Below, in pieces: positions 58,588 to 64,000 of a stretch of DNA of 64,000 nucleotides. Position 1 is the first letter of the stretch, and each line of letters starts with the position of its first letter. Origin of the DNA: Amoebophrya sp. A120 (lineage: Eukaryota > Protista > Dinoflagellata); assembly GCA_905178155.1 (NCBI GenBank), contig CAJINV010000002.1:6552476-6616475 (forward strand), written 5' to 3'. The notes below the pieces were generated by a model. The model saw nothing but the letters and a program-made list of their open reading frames with translations, did no database searches and was not told the origin of the DNA. Both the position numbers and the translations under genes were made by a program.

Positions 58588-59688
58588 ATGGTGCCTCGCG
58601 AACAACAACATGACCGAATGCGTCAAGCTCGAGACAATGTTGAAGGCGCGGCGAGAGCGCTTGTAGAACAACATCGACGACAGCTTCTGAACCGGCACGC
58701 CCTGCCGCCGGGGGCGATCCCGGGCGGGGTTATGCCTTTCGAACTGCAGGCGCGTTTTGGCCCCCGGGTAGAACAAAATGGATTACGCGTTCTGGCGATC
58801 CCGAGAGCTGCCCCGCTGGCGGCGGCGGGCGCTGCGGGGCGGGTACAACAAAATGGACTACGCGCTCTGGTGAACCCGCAAGCCCTGCCGGCGGTTGCGG
58901 GGGCTTGGCAGCAGGTAGAACAAAATCGACTACGCGCTCTGAACCCGCAAGCCCCGGCGGCGGCGGGGGCGGCGGACGCTGAAGAGCAGACCCAGGGGGA
59001 GGAACAGCCTGCGGTTGAGAATCTGCAGCCAGTCCTGCCCGGGGTAAAATTGATTGCCCCCGGCGTTCCGGTTCTTGGGCGCGGCACGACCGCGGAGAAG
59101 CTCCGCAGCAAGCTAACTGATTCTGAATTCGAGCGCGCCCCGCGCGTGGCTCGTCGTAAGTTTGTGAATCTGCAAGTGAATACCTGGAATCTGTGTGCTG
59201 CGAAAAAGAAGGGCTACGCAGAGCACGGGGGCATGGACGCTCCCGTGAAGGGAATCATCATGCAGTTTCTAGGGGACGCACCGGTCGACGGAGATCAGAG
59301 CCCCCAACTGTCGCGCACGTACCTTCGGGAACTGATGACAGAAGGCAAGCGAAGGAAGGTGAAAGCCGTTCTAGACAAGATGTTGCCAGAATGCAAAAAC
59401 GAGGCGGCGCGCGGAAATCCCGGAACCACCTTTAAGTTTCGAGACATTGCAATTCCGCTTGGTTTAAAACCTGTCGAGAGTTCAGCGCCGGTGGACGAGC
59501 AGTGGTGGGGATGGCTTCTTCGTTTCTTACCGACACTCCGGGAACAGATTCACTCGGCGGGGCTCGAGCTGACACTTGTCCCCGTTGATGGAGGGATCCT
59601 TCGCCCGGCCGGATCTCAGGCAGCTCCTGACGAGGCTGAAGAAAGAAAAAACAAGGGGAAAAGCGAAATTCGCATTAGTTGGAAGTAG
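58588..59688 (+). CDS. Unknown-family protein, paralogue 1 of 3
   Basis: 366-aa ORF; shared core VKLIAP...KLRSKL...ERAPRVARRKFVNLQVNTWNLC...HGGMDAPVKGIIMQFLGD; N-terminal VEQNGLR repeats. Confidence 0.8.
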   Translation: MVPREQQHDRMRQARDNVEGAARALVEQHRRQLLNRHALPPGAIPGGVMPFELQARFGPRVEQNGLRVLAIPRAAPLAAAGAAGRVQQNGLRALVNPQALPAVAGAWQQVEQNRLRALNPQAPAAAGAADAEEQTQGEEQPAVENLQPVLPGVKLIAPGVPVLGRGTTAEKLRSKLTDSEFERAPRVARRKFVNLQVNTWNLCAAKKKGYAEHGGMDAPVKGIIMQFLGDAPVDGDQSPQLSRTYLRELMTEGKRRKVKAVLDKMLPECKNEAARGNPGTTFKFRDIAIPLGLKPVESSAPVDEQWWGWLLRFLPTLREQIHSAGLELTLVPVDGGILRPAGSQAAPDEAEERKNKGKSEIRISWK

Positions 59689-60754
59689 GTAGCAGCTCAG
59701 TAAGTACTAAGTTTGTAGCGCGTACACTTGCTGCGCGGTCGTGCAAAGGAAGGCGATCTTCACGACCTATCACGTGTTCATCATGTCAGTTCGTCTAGTT
59801 TTCAATTTCAACATCATGTCATTTCGATACTATCTATTAAGATTTACTAGTAGGACCTTCGCAGCGACGATGCGAGTTTCAAAAAATCTAAGTGCGTCAT
59901 CGATTTCAAGAGAAATCCCCAGACAGCTGAATTGCTCGGAAGCAGGTACTTATTGTATTACAACTGTTGGACGGTAGGAGCAAGTGCATGGATGTGTTGA
60001 GCCTGATAAAGAAAAAGTCTCATTTTTGTAGAGATATGCTACCGGTAACGGTATTGTCTCCTCGAGTAGATGCTTTGACGAGCTTAGATCATCTCTTTTT
60101 TGTTGAGTAGCAAAGAGAAGTTTCTTTCTCAGTAGAGGAAAGCAACATCGAAAAGTACTACATTAAAAAACTTGGGTTCGATGTTTTCTGGTAGCAGCCG
60201 CATCAAGTAGAGAGACGATGACCACGAGTATTTGTCGGTGTGTGACAAGTAGCTTTAGGTACTAGGTTGGAGCATATGCAGGCAAAGGCAGGTGGAACGA
60301 AGTTCAAGCACTGATGTCGGTTCTTTTTTCGCAGTCGCTTGAAACGATCGGCACGCGGTCATTTAGAAAGAAAAAGTGACGCAATGGTTGGGTTGCTTGG
60401 GAAGGTCTTTATTCTTGCGTCATCCTTTCGGTGGTAAACAATTCGGAAAAGTTCTCAAAATGTTATTGAGCCATTCATAGAAAAGCCAGGACTAACGGTG
60501 AAGGTGAACCTACAGATCCCCTTTCATCCAGTGCTCGAGATCGGGTTCATGACTGCCAAATCGATGGTGAGAGTGTGAATCAATATACCGAGGGTAGCTC
60601 ATCTTCTGGACGTCGTGGCTTGTTGCACACACTAAAGAACAAGGGAGTTCTCTTTACGAGATTTACGAACCTTTCTTTGACAGCTAATTGCCGTCCTCCC
60701 ACGTAGGAAGTGCCGCGTGTCTCTTCTTTTTCTTTCTCTCAGCCACAACAAACC

Positions 60755-61531
60755 ATGCCTCCGCGTCCACGAGGTGACAATCTGCTACAAGAAGCCGCGG
60801 GCAGCGGGGAGCAGCCTCAAGGGCAGGAACATCACCCCATCACTGGAGATGATCTGCCTCAGCCGCCGGTAAAATTGGTTGCACCCAGTGTTCCAGTTTT
60901 TGGCGAGGGTGTGACAGCGACCAAGCTTCGCAGCAAGCTGCGTCAATTAGAAATCGAGCGCGCTCCTCGTGTGGCTCGCCGCAAGTATGCGAACCTGCAG
61001 GTCAACACGTGGAATCTGTGTGAGGCGAAGAAGCGGAAGTGTGAGGCGCACGGCGGCATTGACGCGCCCGTGAAGGGGATCATCATGCAGTTCATTGGAG
61101 ACGCGCCTGCGGATTCTGAGCCCAGTGATCCGAAGTTTTCCGCCGAGTATATGCAGCAGGTTGCTGCTGCATCGAAGCGCAAGCAGGCGAAAGCGGTCAT
61201 GGATTCCATGGTCGGCAAGATGAAGGAGTGCGCATCGAACGGGAATCGTGCGTGCACGCTCAGATACGGTGATGTTCCAGCGATCAAAACGCAAGTTTTG
61301 ACTCCTCAGAAGCCGGAGCAAGCTGTCGACAATTGGTGGGAGTGGCTTTTCCAGTTTTTACCGACTCTCCGAGAACAGATCACCGCAGCGGGATTCGAGG
61401 TTGAGGTTGTCCCAGTTGTGCCTCAGCCGCCTCTTGACGAGGGGCGCCAAAATTTGGCAGGAGCAGCCCAACGGCTGCGGAACGCTCGGAGCAAGTCGCA
61501 AGAGGACAGTGAACTTGTGCTGGCGTGGTGA
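60755..61531 (+). CDS. Unknown-family protein, paralogue 2 of 3
   Basis: Same core (ERAPRVARRKYANLQVNTWNLC...HGGIDAPVKGIIMQFIGD) and WWEWLFQFLPTLREQI. Confidence 0.8.
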   Translation: MPPRPRGDNLLQEAAGSGEQPQGQEHHPITGDDLPQPPVKLVAPSVPVFGEGVTATKLRSKLRQLEIERAPRVARRKYANLQVNTWNLCEAKKRKCEAHGGIDAPVKGIIMQFIGDAPADSEPSDPKFSAEYMQQVAAASKRKQAKAVMDSMVGKMKECASNGNRACTLRYGDVPAIKTQVLTPQKPEQAVDNWWEWLFQFLPTLREQITAAGFEVEVVPVVPQPPLDEGRQNLAGAAQRLRNARSKSQEDSELVLAW

Positions 61532-62343
61532 CGAGGGTGCTAACAGGGCGGGCGCCGGCGACGACGGGTGCAGGAGGAGCACGTAGCTGTAGTTCCTAAG
61601 TACGATCTCATTTTTTCATGTTGTCCTTTCCTGGATCTTTGCGTTTTTGTTCCACTTCCACCAATTCGATCTACTTTCTTACTACAGAGCGCAATATTGA
61701 CGTTTTTTTTTTGCGGTCAAGTATCACAACACGCAGAGCGGCATTTTAGGTAGGTGAATGAAGAGCGCTGCTCATACGACTATCCGATCAAGGTGAGCGA
61801 ACGCATGATCATCTACTTTCTGATATCCATAAACCGCAGTTTCACAGTGTGGGTGCGGCCATTTTGATCCATGCAGTTTTGCGCGTTAGAAGCAACTTAC
61901 TTCCGAGATATTGGAAGATCGTCATTGTTCATGGTGTCTTCCGGCATGATCTTGAGCATTTTCTGGCGACAAGACTTGAGGATAATTGTTCGACGCGTCG
62001 ATCTACTTCTTTTGTCATTGCCCTCTTCCTTCCAGATGAGATGATCTTCGCGCAATATTCTTGTCATTGAAAAAGCTGTCGCTATTTCGATTTATCATGT
62101 GCTTCTCTGATGTTCTTGTTCAAGCAAACATTTGCACTTGCTTCCGAGCTTGATGTCTTGACTCACAATGATCAATCCTACAGCCAATGATGGATCCTCT
62201 TGTACGCTGCGACTCAATCTTCAAAATACTATACCGTAAATCTAAATTCTCTGATTGTGTGTCTATGAACCTGGTCATCTCCGAACAAGACAAAGGAAAG
62301 TAATTCTGAAATAACGTTCTTCACTTCTAAATACAACATCAAC

Positions 62344-63418
62344 ATGCCGGCGCTCCAACACGATGAAACCCGTGCCGATGGCACACGACGAAACCGCGCC
62401 GCACCACTCGTAGCCGCAGGCGACGGCTACTTCCAAGGATCGGAACTCGACAAATTCGATTTGACCCAGCCACGCGTGAAGCTGATCACCCCGCAGGTGC
62501 GCTTATCAAACAACGAGAATACACGGCAGCGCTCTACAACTGCCAAGCACTTGCGCGACCGGCTGATCGATTTTGAACACGAGCGTGCCCCCCGTCTCGG
62601 CCTGCGCAAGTTTCACAATCTGGCCGTGAACGCCTGGAACCTGTGCGCTGCGAAGCGAACCAATTACACTGCGCACGGCGGCATGGACGCGCCCGTCAAG
62701 CTGAAAATCCTGCAGTTTCTGGGTGATGTCCCGCCGGACCAGAACCTCCCCTGGGAGTTTTCGGCCTCGCACCTGCGGGTTGTGACCGAGGGGCAGCGGA
62801 ACATGAAAATTTGCAAGATGATCGAGACGATTTTGAAGGAGTGCAAGACGCAGGCACTGAAGGGCCACCACGGGTGCGACCTGGTGTTTCGGGATCATTG
62901 CGAGACGTTCATTGCCAGAACCAACTACGAGGGGCCCAACGCCCCCTGGAATCGGGGGAAGCGCCAGTACTGGGCGTGCCTGTTCGAAAGCCTTCCCGAG
63001 CTCCGCGACCGGATTGCGGAGGCCGGCTTCACGATTCGTACGCCCTCGAAGAACCTGCCGCGCGAGCTGAACAGCGAGTTGCACCTGTATTGGCTGTATG
63101 CATTGCAAAAGTATCGTACGTAGTAGAAATAGCATTACAAATTTTTCCAGAAGGAAAATAAAATGGAATTTGTAATGCTGAATAAGCTAAGAAACCAGAT
63201 TTGTCATGCATGACTGCAATCACTTTTAGTTTTACTACGAGTACGAGTACGATGCTTTTGCACAGGATAGGCTGCCGCACGGCCAGGAACCTCCTGATAC
63301 AAACTCGGGCTCGGAGGATGAGCAGGTCGGACGGGCTGCGGCTCCGGTCGGACGGGCTGCGGCTCCGGTCGCGCAGGCGGCCCGTCAGGTCGTATGGCGG
63401 TCTCAGGCCTTACCTTGA
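62344..63418 (+). CDS. Unknown-family protein, paralogue 3 of 3, with an introner near the 3' end
   Basis: ERAPRLGLRKFHNLAVNAWNLC...HGGMDAPVKLKILQFLGD. Removing 63097-63274 extends the ORF (LYWL|PHGQEPP...QALP*) to 63418. Confidence 0.8.
63097..63269. mobile_element. TAT...ATA introner (173 bp), 5-bp TSD ggctg
   Basis: tatgcattgcaaaagtatcgtac / gtacgatgcttttgcacaggata; ggctg at 63092-63096 and 63270-63274; internal agcattacaaatt/aatttgtaatgct hairpin. Confidence 0.9.
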
Positions 63419-63678
63419 GTGCTGTATTTGCATAGATGATTTTGTGATGCAAGAGTAGCAAAAGTGGAAGGAGCAGAGGGCTCGTCTTGCGTCAAGTATA
63501 GATTTTTGGGCAAGGACAATTTCAATGCCATTTAGCGCTTCGAGCACTTGCACTTCCTAGCACCAGGCGAAATAGCTTGATCGATGAAAAGGGGATCGGT
63601 TTGATTTTGCACATTATTTTTTACCAGCGAGCAAAGTAAAACGCCTGAGAGTTTTTGTTTCATACTTCGCGGATCAAC

Positions 63679-63918
63679 ATGCTTCCTCGGACGAGTCAGC
63701 CTCTGAATCGTCCCACTCGGAAGCGCGACGCGCTCATCGGAACGAGCATCAACGGCGGCACGTACAACCACGGACGCGGACTTTTTATCCACGCGACGAG
63801 GACCACCGAAGACCACACCAGCCCCCGCAACCAGCCGTCCTACGGGAACGCGAACGAGGTCCAAGACAACGACATCAACCCGAGTAGGTTGTCGTGGTCA
63901 TTTGATGTAACAGGTTGA
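63679..63918 (+). CDS. Possible first exon of a further gene
   Basis: ATG-initiated short ORF near the window end; no domain recognised. Confidence 0.3.
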   Translation: MLPRTSQPLNRPTRKRDALIGTSINGGTYNHGRGLFIHATRTTEDHTSPRNQPSYGNANEVQDNDINPSRLSWSFDVTG

Positions 63919-64000
63919 CCGGATTGTTGAATCGTCGAAAATGAAGGCAATATTGCAATGTCGCAGATGAGGACCTGTTGGACAGGTTTTGCTCTCGTGA

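Overview
Eukaryotic genomic DNA. Every credible gene is on the + strand, and many are interrupted by short non-canonical inserts bounded by inverted repeats. This resembles a dinoflagellate/Syndiniales genome such as Amoebophrya (inference, not verified). The centre of the window (9.6-33.9 kb) is a nest of mobile elements. (1) A 3.5-kb foldback-type element (9596-13080) built from a 10-bp satellite, containing a 1-kb TIR element. (2) A giant Penelope-like retroelement with permuted domain order (N-terminal GIY-YIG, CxC linker, RT; Naiad/Chlamys-type), about 13781-33087. It carries a UIM-like motif plus an OTU protease domain inserted into the RT N-terminal region, and reconstructs to a single ~2,800-aa polyprotein. 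(3) A 10.8-kb two-gene TIR DNA transposon (14048-24884) inserted into the middle of that GIY-YIG domain. Eleven TAT...ATA TIR inserts act as introns (introners); most have 4-5-bp direct repeats. Removing one plus one repeat copy restores recognisable proteins. Host genes: a helical-repeat/RAP-like protein, two CCCH zinc-finger genes, a CCp-like discoidin-domain gene, an AAAP/SLC36-type amino-acid transporter, three tandem paralogues of an unknown family, and several hypothetical genes. All homology calls are by motif recognition; no searches were run.
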